Part shown: one piece after another, positions 9,195-22,819 of the stretch | Layout of the letters: each line of letters starts with the position of its first letter | How positions within the stretch are numbered: the stretch's first letter is position 1 | Translations under genes and position numbers: made by a program | Notes under the pieces: model-generated | Told to the model about the DNA's origin: nothing | Database searches by the model: none | What the model saw: the letters and a program-made list of their open reading frames with translations, nothing else | From: Paraphysomonas bandaiensis | Taxonomy: Eukaryota > Protista > Chrysophyceae | Reading direction: 5' to 3' | DNA: 64,000 nucleotides | NCBI GenBank assembly: GCA_965644295.1 | Contig: CBFFRP010000419.1 | Location: 1-64,000, forward strand

Positions 9195-10644
9195 TGTATA
9201 GTATTATTTTATTTTGATTGCATTTTTTTTGACATTTTTGTTGAAAATATTTATTTCTGATATTTATTTTTTAGAAAAAAGTTTTTTTTAAAGAAAAATG
9301 TTGTAAAAAATGTAGTGTATACTGTTGCAAAATTTGTGAAAATAAGATTTTTTTTGCATTTTTTATTGTGAAAGGTGACACGACATTTTTTATGTAAAAA
9401 AGTGTATAAAAAAATGTAATGTATAATATTGGAAGCACTTGTACGTGATACACAGCGATACCATAGGGGTAAGGGTCAGTATAAATTAATAGTTTTTATG
9501 GTCACGGTTAACACGGCTAGGGTCGAAGACCCCCCCCCCTCTCTCTGTGTGTGTCAGAGAGAGTACAATATAAAGTTGATAATAGTTTTATGAGGTAGTT
9601 TGGACAAACTGAAATGTATTGTCTAATACCGTTAATTTCTATTGGTTGGTAGTAGTGACAACTTTAATGTAGTAAACGACAAGAAAAGATTTGAATATAG
9701 TTATATTTAACCACGGAATATATTATTTAATCTAGTCTAATTGGTTGAATTACGTAGTCAAAGAAACAAATGATTCAACCTAGTCAACTTAGTATGATGA
9801 TATATGTATATGATACAAAGGGAAGCACTGTATATCTGGCGATATAGCTAGAAACTACAACAAGAATAGGCATTTTCTTTTGTTTTACGGATACTTATCT
9901 ACACGGACTTATATAATATAAGGAGATTTTCGTATGGGACTATCAAAATATAGATTGCTATTGACTATTAGCCATTTTCAAACAAGTTAGAACGTTAAAA
10001 GAAGTTTATAGTATTCAAACAATATATATATATAGACTCGATTATTATTGCATATAGGCAATAATTTATGCGCTATCATGTTATCATTCATGTCAAACAC
10101 ATCAACAACATAATGTTATACTGCTTTCATCAACCTCTAATTATCTTCCGGATCTTGACACGCAAAAGAGTTTGTCAGTATGAGCGTATGAGCTTTCATC
10201 GCAACTTAGTAATATTCGATTAAATAATTAATATCTATCTAGTTCACACGGCATTAATTTATTCAAAATCTAACTGTTTTCTAGAGCACAGATTAACATG
10301 GTCAATGAAATACTACCACTAAGCCGAAGTGCACATATACACTTAATAGTCATGTCATAAAAACGTGTGTTTAGGTACGTGAGTCGGCTTTAGAAGTTTC
10401 TCAATATCTCAATATCGTAGATAAGCGGAAATGATAATATCGATCACTGAATTATAATATGCACAACCAAAACTCCACTTTAAGCTGAGCTTCCCCTTAT
10501 AAATCTACTAATACTCATACAGTGAACTTATAATTGCTGCCTTCAATAAGAAGAAACTGGTAAAGTAAATACCTTAGCACCGCTTGTGGAGGACAATGAC
10601 CAACGACATCAATATCTAGCTATAGAGCCGGGAAACTGCAGGAA

Positions 10645-13121
10645 TCAATTCGTCGGCTTTCCGTGCAATTGAACACCGGGTGGATCCGTCGTCTCTACAT
10701 CACTAACAACTACATTCGTGGATGTAACTTTCACCGACTCCTCAATAACATCTCCACCTTCATTAGTTTTGTTTGAAATAGCCTCGAGACTGCACACACT
10801 GGATCTACTAACTGTTCCAGTCCTAGAAGCAACACTGGAAGTACTCATGACTCTACTCCTACGACAAGTCTTGATAATATCCAATAATCCGTCTGAAGGG
10901 GTCATCAGGAGCTGACCGAGTACTACAGTTTCTTCACCCTCCACTGAAACTAGGCCAAGAGTGGAAGTGATTTGAGCGACTACCATCGACATCATCAAAC
11001 TGCGCTCATCGAAAGGAATGTCTGCGGGAACCAGAGAGCAGGGGACCACTCCAGAGTCGATCGAATGGTCGTGTGAACACCCCTCAGGCTTTTTTTCCGA
11101 TTCCTACACACGACATTTTATCAGCTCATCACTACTAAATTTCGCATGCATTGTGCTCACCACAAGGGCAGCCTCGACGAGTCCTGCCATGAGGGTAACA
11201 AACTGATCTACCACAGCATCTACAATTTCACCCGTCGCTCTAGAGAGCATTACGGATTCCCAAGCTGCGGCATCAGGGGGACATACGGTGCTGTCCAAGT
11301 GATGTAAAAGATACCCAAGAGAACCTGACAAAAATTTAAACCAACACTTGAACATAAAAGATATAATACCTGCAGGGGAGCCCATATGTACTCCCGACTT
11401 CACCATAGATGTTCCTCCAGTACGAGGGGAAGAAACCGCCTCTACTCCCCACAACAGCGACCCAATAGCTCCAATCCATCCACCGTCTTGTCCTGAAGCA
11501 GCAGATGCCGGTGGATCTGTCGTCCCAGGGCCAAGGTCCAAAGAAACAGAGTAAACACACGGCACCACTTCGGCTGGCTTACCGTTGCTGTCATTCGTGC
11601 TCCTTCCATTACCAGTGAAAGTATGTTTAACCGAATGGTGAGGAGAATGGGAAGAGGGGCGGGATTGTGAAGGCAACACAGACGACCACGGAACATGTCC
11701 CACGTTGCCGTTGCTTTGATCTTGACTCGACCCTACAACGGCTGCTGCCCTAGTATCAGAACCAGCTTTAGTACCCATTGGAGAACCATTTTTGGTGAGG
11801 GATGAAAGACCCTCTACATCCTTACTGGAACCGTTCTTACTTTCTTGCGAAGCATTCTTACCTGCATCAAAACGTAAATGTGTTGTACATAAAGCATATT
11901 ACAAATGGCACCTAATGTGTTACTGATGTCACGCTCTGTGAGGGCCTCCACTGGTTTCTCTTTGAGAAGTGATCCCAAAGCACGCTCTGTGCTTGCCGCT
12001 CGTCGGCTGGCCTCTTCCAAACTCGTACTATCGCTCTCAGTGCCCGTCGCATTCACGACTTTAGTAGGTACTTGTGATTTTTGGTGCTTATTATTAGTGC
12101 TGCCGTTAGAGTGAGACTCCGTAGCCGGGGTAATGATTTCATTTTTCAGCACAGCCGCAGACATGCGCAGGACATCGCTAGTGGGCAGTCCACGAAGTGC
12201 ACCTGTCAATCCCCATAATATCTCTTAGATACAGACACATGGCAAAGAATAAAGTGTGCTTCACTTACCTACAAGAACTACTCGAACAGCTTCGTAAACA
12301 ACAGCAGGCCGGTGGGTATTATGTCCACCCTTGAAGAAGATGCGCATCTTGGGCCCTGCCAATGCGCTATAAAGCTCCTCAGATAGAACAGGCGGAACAA
12401 TTTTATCTTCGCTACCCGATAAGACGATCGTCGGGACATTTATTCGAGCTGCAGCTGCCAAAGGGCTGATGTGATTGATGTCAAAACCGTAACCCGAATG
12501 AATACTGCTCCTCAAGTAATGTACTGCAGGCGAGAGTAGAACTCGGGGCACTGCAACCCTTGATGTAGTGTACTCATTAGCTAACCCTTGCATAGAAGTG
12601 AAAGGAGAGTCAAGGATAAGAGCCACCACAGACCCCATTAGTAGCTCCTTATAAGCCCCATAGAACATTGCGGCAGTGGCAGCCCCCATGCTGCGACCCC
12701 ACAACACAAAGCGCGTAAACCCCCTGGAAAACAAATACGACATGACTGCACATACATCCTCCTTTTCCCGCACCCCTAGACTGACACAATCGCCCTCAGA
12801 CTCTCCACATCCCGCAAAATCAAACCCACATGCAGTACATTTTGCATTAGCAGCAATAGACATAATTCTTGTCCTCACCACATCTACTCTACTACCACTA
12901 TTGGGATGAAGATAGAGTATACATGATTCAGGATCACCACGATGAGGATGCATGAGCATCCATACTGAGCCATTTAGTTTTAACCCTCTATAATTTGTAA
13001 CAGTAAAATCTTCCCTCTTATACTCCACACCTCTGTGTCGTATTCTTGTTGGACCCAAATCAAGTGATGTATATTTAGCACGTGGGGGTCGTACGATAGC
13101 AGATACAATCCCGTCTATCAT
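10645..13121 (-). CDS. Alpha/beta hydrolase (ABHD/YqkD-like) with long low-complexity C-terminal extension; multi-exon
   Basis: IVRPPRAKY N-terminus, nucleophile elbow LWGRSMGA, LDSPF, D(KIVP), GGHN. Downstream ORFs join via short GT-AG introns. Confidence 0.8.
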
Positions 13122-13857
13122 GGTAATCACGTCTACTATATATGAATATATTCAACTCTCTATAGAATAAAATTCAAATCAAATTCTTGTAATAATAAGA
13201 TGATTTTATTATGAATTGAATTGTTTCATTTGTATGATGTTTAGATTGGTAAGTAGAGTTTAATAGATATGTATGTATGTATGTATATAGAGGTGTGGTT
13301 ATGTTAATGTATGTATAGAGCCGCCTAGTAATGCTTGACAATAATGAAATATAAGGGCTACAAAATTACATACTATGGTTAGATGGGGAATAAATAGCAT
13401 CCAAATGTTAAAAAATTGAAAATGAAAAATTTAATTTTTTTTTTTTTGTAAAATTTATGCGAACGTCATTCTGTTAAGGAAATGATTGGATGAGGAGTTG
13501 GTATGGAAACCCTCGTAGTGTGGTTTATAGTTCAATGTACCCGGAGAGATGTACTACAATATTACAACACAATAGTCCAGCTGTACAAAAAGTACTACAA
13601 TACTCCAGCTGTCAGTTACTTTTTTTCTATTGGTATGGAGGCATCGCTCTCTATGTACACAGCAGTGTCGCAGTACTGTGCATACAATAACTGCACTGCT
13701 CAAGGAGTTAACTATACTAGAGGTGGTGTTACCAAGGCAGATACGCTATATTCTATCTCATACTATACTACTCTTAATAGTTCCATATATTTCTTAGTGA
13801 TCTCTCCCTTCATAACAAGAGAGTATCTGTAAAGAAGTTTATTATTGAGTTATTGCA

Positions 13858-14833
13858 ATGTCAAATTTAGCTCTTACAGGTGATATGATATATGAAATAG
13901 AGTAAATACCATACGTGACGTTATTCTCTAATAGGATCATGGGGAAAGGAAACTTTCGGTCGACCCCCCTCTCCTTCGATTCCTAAATCTACCTCATCTG
14001 AAATGTATGATATGGCACCGAAACTGCATGCTGCTGAAATGGAACAAAATAAATTTGCGAAATTTGTAAGTACAATCAAGTGGAATAATACTTATTCATT
14101 AACTATCTACTCAGACTAAGATGCAAAAAACCGGGCAAATGATTCTCAGTCCCAATACAGAGTAGGGTGTTATTCTCCAGACATTAATTGATTTAATTGA
14201 TTAATAGGGCCTACATTGAGCCACGCAATGAGGATTCTGACGACAAAGATAGATTTATGACTACACAACAAGTAAATATTTTCTGTTGTTTCTCTATATA
14301 TTACATTTACTCTATTTCTCAACAGGAACCTTACGGCGCTCGAACCAAGGAAGCCTATGTGACTACCATGCGTCGGGTACGATCGCGATTACTCTAATTC
14401 CACAGAATAGCCTTACATTTTGTTGCAGGTAAAGAATGGTGAAATACCTCCGGCAGTAGGAAGATCAGGAACACGACAGGAAAGAGGAATTGCTGCATCA
14501 GGCCTTCTTGGCGAAAAGTTGTGTCTAAGTGAGGAACCTTCGAGGAATACTTTCGTCCAGAGAACTTGGTTGTACGACGACGATAAGGCACTCCACTACA
14601 AAGTTGCAGGCATTCCACAGGCTACCGACGTGACTGAAAATTCTTTAATTGTTGGGACCAACACCCTTACTGAGAGCGAAAAGTTGGAGCAGATCATGAA
14701 TGATACACAAAAATCCTACGGAAGAAAATCGTGTGATCTGAGAATGAATCCAATTGCCAAAACTGGGTATAAAATATTTTCAGATGATCAAAATGCACCT
14801 CCTTCCGATTTAAGCTATCACTATAAAGTGTAG
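13858..14833 (+). CDS. Hypothetical protein, about 6 exons
   Basis: A consistent chain of short exons flanked by GT-AG introns ends in ORF 14420-14833. Confidence 0.6.
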
Positions 14834-16238
14834 TGATGCGACGGTTTTGTGGAGGTGAGCAATGTACTAGTCATTTCTGGAAGTAGGTTGTTTTGTTGTA
14901 TTTCATTTCTTGTGTGAAGTATGGTAGTTTAATTTTAATAATCTATGACGTAGATATTTGTTATTCTTTTGCTTGATTGCTAAGCGCTGAATTGAGAATG
15001 CACATTACACACTTCTTTAACTGCATAACTACAACATTCGAGATAACTCCTACATAAAACTTTGATTTTACTATCGTATTATGTATTTGTTAAACTGCTA
15101 CTTTATTTTGCACATTATATAAATATGGGACCCTTATGATAAATACCTCATAGGGTAATATGTAATATGTACAAATATGCTTACATCGTGACATCAATTA
15201 CACTTAGGTCTTACACACACACTACGCTGGCGTTTCATTTCGGTTTTACATCTCTCTTCCAATAGCCAATAGTACCACATCGTACTATATTTCTTTAACG
15301 ACATCACACTTCCGAGCTCTATATAACTTTGGAGGACAAAAGTAATTGTTGAAGTGCTATGTAATTAATTGGAAGACGTTCATTGAGTCATTTTCGAAAA
15401 TGATTCAATTTGTAATATGCCTTTTAATTTGATAGCTATTCTATATAAATTGAGAATCCTCCCTATATCAACAATCTGGGTCAAGCAATGAAACTTCACA
15501 TGATTAATAGAATCTCCTGATAGTGTTTGTCAATGGAGGTTATTGGATGTGTAGAATAGGTGCAAAGTTGTAGTTTTCTATGCATTGATAGGCTGCTGTG
15601 TCGGCTCTATATTATAAACTGCAATCATTATGATCAGAAAGAAGCGATGATGAGAGTGAAGGAACTTATTCCTTGGGATCACATTTCGAGTGCATGTGGC
15701 TGATGTTTTGGTTCTTATTCTACTGTTGAGGATTACAAGATATGATGCATAGCTACCAGCATTTACCATCATCGAGATATATGCCACTGCATGTTGCATA
15801 TATACATGCTGTATACCGGTATATATACATACTCCATACTATATCAGCTCTATGTACACACATGTACACATCATCCCGTATTATATATATACTGCTGTAT
15901 ACGGATAGTATATGTACAGATATGTACACAAGATATCCCATATACAGTTATGTACACATAACACCATACATAAGATATCCCATATACAGTCATGTACACT
16001 CTCGGACAAAAACGTACCACCCACTGCCTGTTTTTGGACGTCATTGGATGGTCATTGGAGGACTCCTCTCACCTCATGTATCGTACTGGTGTGTCGTATG
16101 TCAGTTAACTGCAGTGGTGTGTATCATATACATGATACGCCTACAGCCGAGTGTCTCTCTATATATAATCCAGTGTAAAGGACATTACATGCATTATATT
16201 AGATACACCGAGCAGATATACATACATATATACCTCAT

Positions 16239-18006
16239 ATGCCCAGTCGTAAACAAAGAGAACGTGCTCTAACTAAGCACAGTCTACACCGTCCAATACG
16301 AACTGAAAGTACAGGCACTGGGAAGGCTGTATGTAATACATTACGTATACGGCCTGGTAAAGGTAATATATGGAATCCTAATGTATCTTTAAAGGACACT
16401 GAAGAATACATTCTTTCACTTCATATATCAATAAAAGATTTTAGTGAATTAAATTCACAAAAATCTGTAACATATGAAGAATTTCATTCCTATTGTGTAA
16501 AATTACATCGAAAAAAATTAATTGATTGTTGTAAAATTTATAATTTAAATCCTCCTATATATGCATGGGAAAGATGGCAAGCCACATCTAAACACCATGA
16601 AACAATGCACGATATTTCAGTACTTCAATCCGGTGATTCTCATGCAATCAATACATTAAAGAAGACTTATCGTAGTCCGATATTACCCAGTAGTGGGTAC
16701 ATTGATCCAGGACTTATACAGAGTCTTATACGAGCATCATTTACTGAAGCTGCGAGTGTTTCTATTGCAACTGAATTAGCAACATATGCGATGAGTTTAG
16801 TCAAGCAATTGGAATCTTATGGTAATGATCTTATGATGGATCGAATGGACAGTGCGGCATATCGGGCCAATCAGTTATGTCGAGTGAAAGTAGTGTCTCA
16901 TAAACATACGCTGGATTTTATACTTGAGAGAATTCGTGAAGTTAATACTAATAGATTGAAGAAGAAGAAGAATGGACGAAAGAAAGCGAAACTATCTGAT
17001 TCTGTCAGTTCTACTGATACCCCAACAGCTACTGAAGATGTATGTGCTGAAGAACGAAAGCTTTTAAAGCTTAATCATGCTCACTATCACAAACTGAAAG
17101 AGATGTTTTATCGATGTCGTGAGGGTGAACAATCAGTCACAGAAACGGGTGGGTCATTGCACGGTGATGAAACTGAATTTCACAACCGTCTCTACGTGGT
17201 CCTTTCACAATACCACTCTCTCAGGGGTCATGGAATGCAGGCGGCTCTCAATGAGCATAGCTTTGATGTCCTGTGTAGTCGTATGGAAGTGAAGTTTGAA
17301 TGTTTTGCTTCTCCTCTCAATTGTCGGTTTGGGAAGTTTTGTACGGCTCTCCCGACTTGTGACAAGTACTTCGGTGGAGTTGGAAGTTTTTTTTTGTTCA
17401 GGTACACATCACAGAAGTACTCTATGAGTTGTGATTAATATGTATTATATATATCTCATAGGCCCACCAGTGGATCTTTTGAAGCGAATCCACCTTTCAT
17501 ACCTGAGATCATGCTTGCCATGGTTCGACATATTCACACTCTTTTGGAGAACGCAACAGGACCACTTTCATTCGTCATTGTAGTGCCAGGGTGGGAAGAG
17601 GATCTGGCATGGGCTGAACTCAACTCTAGTCCATGGAAACGGTGTCGATGGCTCATTGCTGTTGAGGACCATGGATTTTGTGATGGAGCACAGTATCAGC
17701 GGCAAGATAGATTTCGGGAGTCGCCCTACGACACTGGTGTATTCATTCTGCAGAACGATGAGGGGCACCACTCCTGGCCACCAACTGAAGAAATAGAACG
17801 AGAGTTTAGAGTCGCCATAGCGCATGCTATACCCACGCCTATGATGATTCAACGTCGACTTAGGGATGCGAGGGGGATGGCTGACAAAGGTGGTATACTT
17901 TGATTATTTGACATTATGTTAAGTTTTCGTTTATTTCTTAGATGGTAGCGGGGGAGTGTATAAAGGGAAGAAAAGTAAAAGCAAACGAAAACTAGACGAG
18001 AGGTAG
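16239..18006 (+). CDS. PCIF1: PCIF1/CAPAM-like cap-specific adenosine N6-methyltransferase; 3 exons
   Basis: QAAL...ECFASPLN...DKYFGGVGSFF and spliced GSFEANPPF (NPPF catalytic motif), then PLSFVIVVPGW. Confidence 0.88.
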
Positions 18007-18912
18007 TTGAGTGTATGACGAGTAGAATATGAATAGGATGTGACGTAAATATGATTCTGAATGCCACCCAGCTGTAGGCACAGATGTGATATTACGTAGC
18101 GTTGAAAATATGGTACCCAGCTTCATGGCAAGGTGATGCTTGAGAACGTCATATATTATTTTACTGAATTATAATAAAGTATAAGCATGTTTCGTATATT
18201 TCACAAATAGAGATATTATAATATTGAAAGCATACTCTTGTCATGTGTTAGTATTATGCGCACTTCCTTTTCTTTGGTACAGGCCCTTCTTAAAATATAT
18301 CACTATATGTTAATAGTGATTAGATATTAGTTATGCGTTGCCGAACTCTACGTACTGAACAGGAGCGTGAAGACTGTTAGAATTTGGCAAACTGATTTCA
18401 CACGCGAGGAAGTAGTAAAAACAAAGTTATAGCATGCTAATAATATCGTTTACGTATTATGTATATTAGCACATCTAACTGTTTATGTGATGCATACAAG
18501 CGATATTGTTAAATTATTCATTTACGTGGGGTCATGTACATGCTACACCATACATGTCTAAAGCATGTTACCCTATATTACAGCAACAGCCACGAACGCA
18601 AGGTAATCATAACTATCAGAAATACCACGAACAAGAAGAATACAGAAATAAGATAGAAGAATATCAAGAGGCAGGAGGCAGTAGCCACAAATGCAGTACA
18701 TAGCTTACATAATATATACATACGCAGTAATCTCACAACCACAATACGCAAATGATATAGAGATATAGTACAAAGTGCCCATGATATAAGATGCTCATAG
18801 TAACCTTAAAAGGAACGAGGATTGGCAATGACAATCACAACAGTAAAATATAAGTAAACATTCTGTATACTCATGGTGACGTATTGAAGTGAACTATTTA
18901 GCTACCGACCAC

Positions 18913-20286
18913 CTAGACAAAAAATCCATTCGAATCATCATCCATATGCGTCGCTCCGGCGGAGCTTGATGTCAAGCCAGTGTTCGACCTACGCATAGGG
19001 TGCGGTCGATTCGGCATGGCGTCTGGAGCTCCACAGCTATCAAAATCCGGAATCATACTGGCTAAAAGTCCGATTACAAGTGAGATACCAATGCATGATG
19101 CAGTGATAAGTCCTGCACTACTGTTGGTATATACATATCTGAACTTGGCATACACGAAAACAGCAATGGCAACCAGTAAAAGGGCAGTACCTAGGTAAAA
19201 CATACGAAGTGCGGAAGTAGATAACTTTTTACAATGCGCCACCCAATACTCCGCAAAAGAAGTCTCGTATGGAAATGACGTCCCTCCTCCCCCACGGAGA
19301 GACTTCCACACTTGGTTTACGGTCTTATGAATACTCGGTGGACGAGGAGCACATTGAGCACTATCCTCGGGGCTGGCAACACCACCTGGGAATAGTTGAT
19401 CTAGTATATCCTCCCTTTCCTCCATCCACCGCTGAATGTGTTTGAAGTGTGTTTCAAACCGCCTATCAATGGCTTCCGATGTAGTCTGTGTTTGCGACAG
19501 ATTTCTGATTTCACGCATTTTGCCGAGAACTTCTTTCGTCTTACGAAACAGAGAGCGTGCTGTCTCATTATTAACATGGGAGCGTTTGTACATGAATCTG
19601 GTCGCCCGTATAACCACTTTTAAAGAAAGTACGATAGAGAGAAAAAGAAAGGCAAAAGAGAGGCCAGCGGAGAGTGCCATTGTATTCTCCACAACTGCTC
19701 CAGCGTTAGTAGGTAATGCACCTTCTATTATAACAGTACAAAGTGCAGCAAACATAACTGTCGAGCTCACGATAATTGTTTGGAACTGAGCGTTTCTCTG
19801 CTCGTACATGTCCCTATCAGACTCCCTGTTGGCAGATATAAGGTCCGCATTTAGTTGCTGAAAGTGTTGTTCCAGCTGTGTACTCGCATCCCAAAGATAT
19901 ATTTTCTTGGATATTTCCATTTCTTTGTAATGATATGATTCGGCTTGTTTATATTCGATACGGTGGAACTCTTGGGCTAACTTCACCTCCTAACAATCCA
20001 TGTATTAACATATATGTGCATGTATAGACGCTTATAGGTACATATACGTATGTCAATCCATCTCTTTCTACATACATATGTATGTATATACATCTATATG
20101 TGTATCTATCTATATATGTGTATGTATATCTATGTATGCATCTCTACGCATCTCTCTCTGTATATCTGTGTATGTGTGTATGCTTATCTGTCTCTATATC
20201 TGTCTCTATATATGTGTGTGTACCTTCTCATGGAGTGTATGAGCGAGCTCCACATCCTTCTCATGATGCCGCCACTCCTGCGTCAT
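18913..20286 (-). CDS. Four-TM membrane protein, possibly Orai-like; 5' end unresolved
   Basis: Four hydrophobic segments, with TM1 ending in VIIEG. An upstream exon MTQEWRHHEKDVELAHTLHEK splices into the main ORF. Confidence 0.55.
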
Positions 20287-20870
20287 CGGCAGACCCGTCT
20301 GAAGGGCCCCACCAATAGCAGCCATAAGATACCCTGGATTATCGAATAAATTACGAAACATGTTAAGTATTATGTGAATGGCTTATATATGTATGTATGT
20401 GTACGAGCAGTGGGTTCAATGGAAGAGTGTACTGGTCTGCTTGTCCGTATGGAGAGTGTACACAAGTATGTCATGGATATTATGGTTGTAGCTAGAAATG
20501 TCCAATTGATGTCCTGGATTGTATGCGTGGAAGAGGTACACAAGTACGTGACAGGAATTCCTACATACACACCAGATAGATCTACTATACAATTTATATA
20601 CAGCAGTATTCTATTACAAACAAACCAAAAACTGAAAACCGTTCTTTGAAAAAGAACATCCTTTCAAGATTTCATCCATTTCGAATGGTGGAGACTGAGT
20701 AACCAACCAATCATACAAACATACCAACCCCCTGCATATATTCATACATATCTCACATAATTACCATCCTGACTTATTAAGTTAGTCGACTCTCTTCTTT
20801 AGTTAAGAAGCATCCCTATCTTATATTTAAAAGCCCAGAAACACTATAAAATCAACAAAAACATATAAAA

Positions 20871-22819
20871 ATGTTAGCTAATCCTACTACACCATTTCAA
20901 TCTGCTTCTCTCTATGTTGGAGATCTTCAGCCTGATATTACCGAGGTAACACACTCAGTGATATCTTAAAATAAGTCTTTATGGTGTTTTTTTATAGGCT
21001 TATCTCTTTGAGATGTTTAATCGTGTCGGTCCTGTGGCCTCTATTCGTGTATGCAGAGACACGGTACGTATATATATATACCCCTCTAGTCCTCATATAT
21101 TAACGGGTATCTTATCAATAGGTCACTCGTCGATCTCTTGGATATGCTTATGTTAACTTCCATCATGTTCAAGATGCGGAACGTGTTCTTGACACCATGA
21201 ACCATACTGAAATCAAGGGAAAGCCTTGCAGAATGATGTGGTCTCAGCGTGACCCCAGCCTCCGTAAATCAGGCGTTGGTAATGTGTTTGTCAAGAACTT
21301 GGCACCAACTGTGGACAACAAGGGTCTCAATGATGTGTTCTCAGTCTTCGGTAACATTTTGTCCTGCAAAGTTGCCACTGATGAGAATGGCAACTCCAAG
21401 GGATATGGATATGTGCACTACGAGACTGCTGAGGCTGCCCAAGAAGCTATCCAGAAGGTTAACGGTGTCGTGATCGAGGATCAGGAGGTCGTTGTGGGCC
21501 CTTTCCTTCGTCGCCAGGATCGTGTTAACAAAAATGACTGGACCAATCTGTACTGCAAGCAGTTTCCTGAGTCGTGGACTGAGGAGAAGTTGAAGGACAC
21601 CTTCTCCCAGTACGGCGGCACTGTCACAAGCTGCAAGCTCGCTGTCGACGAGGAAGGCAAATCCAAGAAATTCGGATTCATTGATTTCGCTGATCACGAG
21701 TCTGCTCTTAAAGCCCTTGAGGAACTCAACGGTAAGCAGATTAAAGTTGAAGGAAAGGACGGAGAAACCGAAACCTTCGAGCTCTATGTGAGTCGCGCCC
21801 AAAAGAAGTCTGAGCGCGCTCGTGAGATGAAGTACAGAATGGATCTTGCCAAAGCTGAACAGATGAACAAGTACCAGGGCATGAACCTGTACGTTAAGAA
21901 TATTGACGAGGCTCTTACTGAAGAACAGTTCCGTGAGTTGTTCGCTCCTTTTGGTACCATCACCAGCTGCCGCGTTGTGCGTGACCAGGGATATGCTTTC
22001 GTCTGCTACTCCAGTCCCGAGGAAGCAACACGTGCCGTGTCTGAGATGAACGGAAAGATGATTGGTGGCAAGCCTCTCTTTGTTACTCTGCACCAGCGCA
22101 AGGAGCACCGCCGTGCTCAGATGGCTCAGGTCCACGGACTTGGTGCCAGGGGTGGTCCCCGTTTCATGGGACAGCCTCCTATGCATTACATGGGCATGTA
22201 CATGAACCCCTCTGGACAGCCTATGCCTCCTCGCCCACCATACCCCATGATGGGAAGTGGCATGATGCCCCGTGGACAAGGCGGCAGAGGTGCCACACCT
22301 GGCTTCCAGGGCGGTAGAGGTTACCCCATGCCTCAGTACAACATGCCTGGCCAGCAGGGTGGTGTCAAGAGAGGCCCAGTTATCAGTGGTCAGGGTCGTA
22401 GAGGACCTACTGGAGGAAGAGGTGCTCCCGGTGGACGTGGTATGCCTCCCCAGCAAGGTGGACGTGGTGTCGCTGGTCCTGGCATGAAGTATAGCAACCA
22501 GGTGCGAAACCAGCCTGCTATGCAGATGGGAGGTATGCCTATGCAACAGCAGCAGCCCCCTGCACAGATGCATGCTACAGATGGACTCGATCACGCCACT
22601 CTTGCCCAGGCTGACCCCCAGACCCAGAAGAATATGATCGGTGAGAGACTTTACCCTCTTATTCTTCAACACCAGCCTACTTTAGCTGGAAAAATTACTG
22701 GTATGTTGCTTGAGATGGATAACAGTGAGCTTGTTCATTTGTTGGAATCACCTGAGGCGCTCGCGACCAAAACCCAAGAAGCGATGAGTGTCCTCGAGGC
22801 CCACAACCAGGGCGCGTAG
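20871..22819 (+). CDS. PABP: Cytoplasmic poly(A)-binding protein (4 RRM + MLLE); 3 exons
   Basis: ASLYVGDL, RRSLGYAYVNF, SQRDPSLRKSGVGNVFVKNL, and C-terminal QKNMIGERLYPLI...AGKITGMLLEMDN. Confidence 0.97.

Larger units (their letters stand above)
3923..9546 (-). mobile_element. Endogenous Polinton-like virus / virophage-like element, left-truncated
   Basis: Abrupt AT-rich, intron-less block with all ORFs on the minus strand: SF3 helicase, MCP, basic protein, minor capsid protein and 4 small ORFs. The non-coding right end finishes in poly-C plus (CT)n. The left boundary is approximate (3880-3930). Confidence 0.9.

Noticed and set aside
3778-9546. Complete autonomous mini-virus
   Set aside because: No left TIR, no packaging ATPase, polymerase or integrase, and the helicase appears truncated.
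15742-16272. Tyr/Ile/His-rich ORFs upstream of PCIF1 (similar ones at 13490-13832 and 20050-20349)
   Set aside because: Low-complexity TA/CA-rich intergenic or intronic DNA with no protein-like features.
21341-22672. 443-aa antisense ORF
   Set aside because: Shadow of the codon-biased PABP gene.
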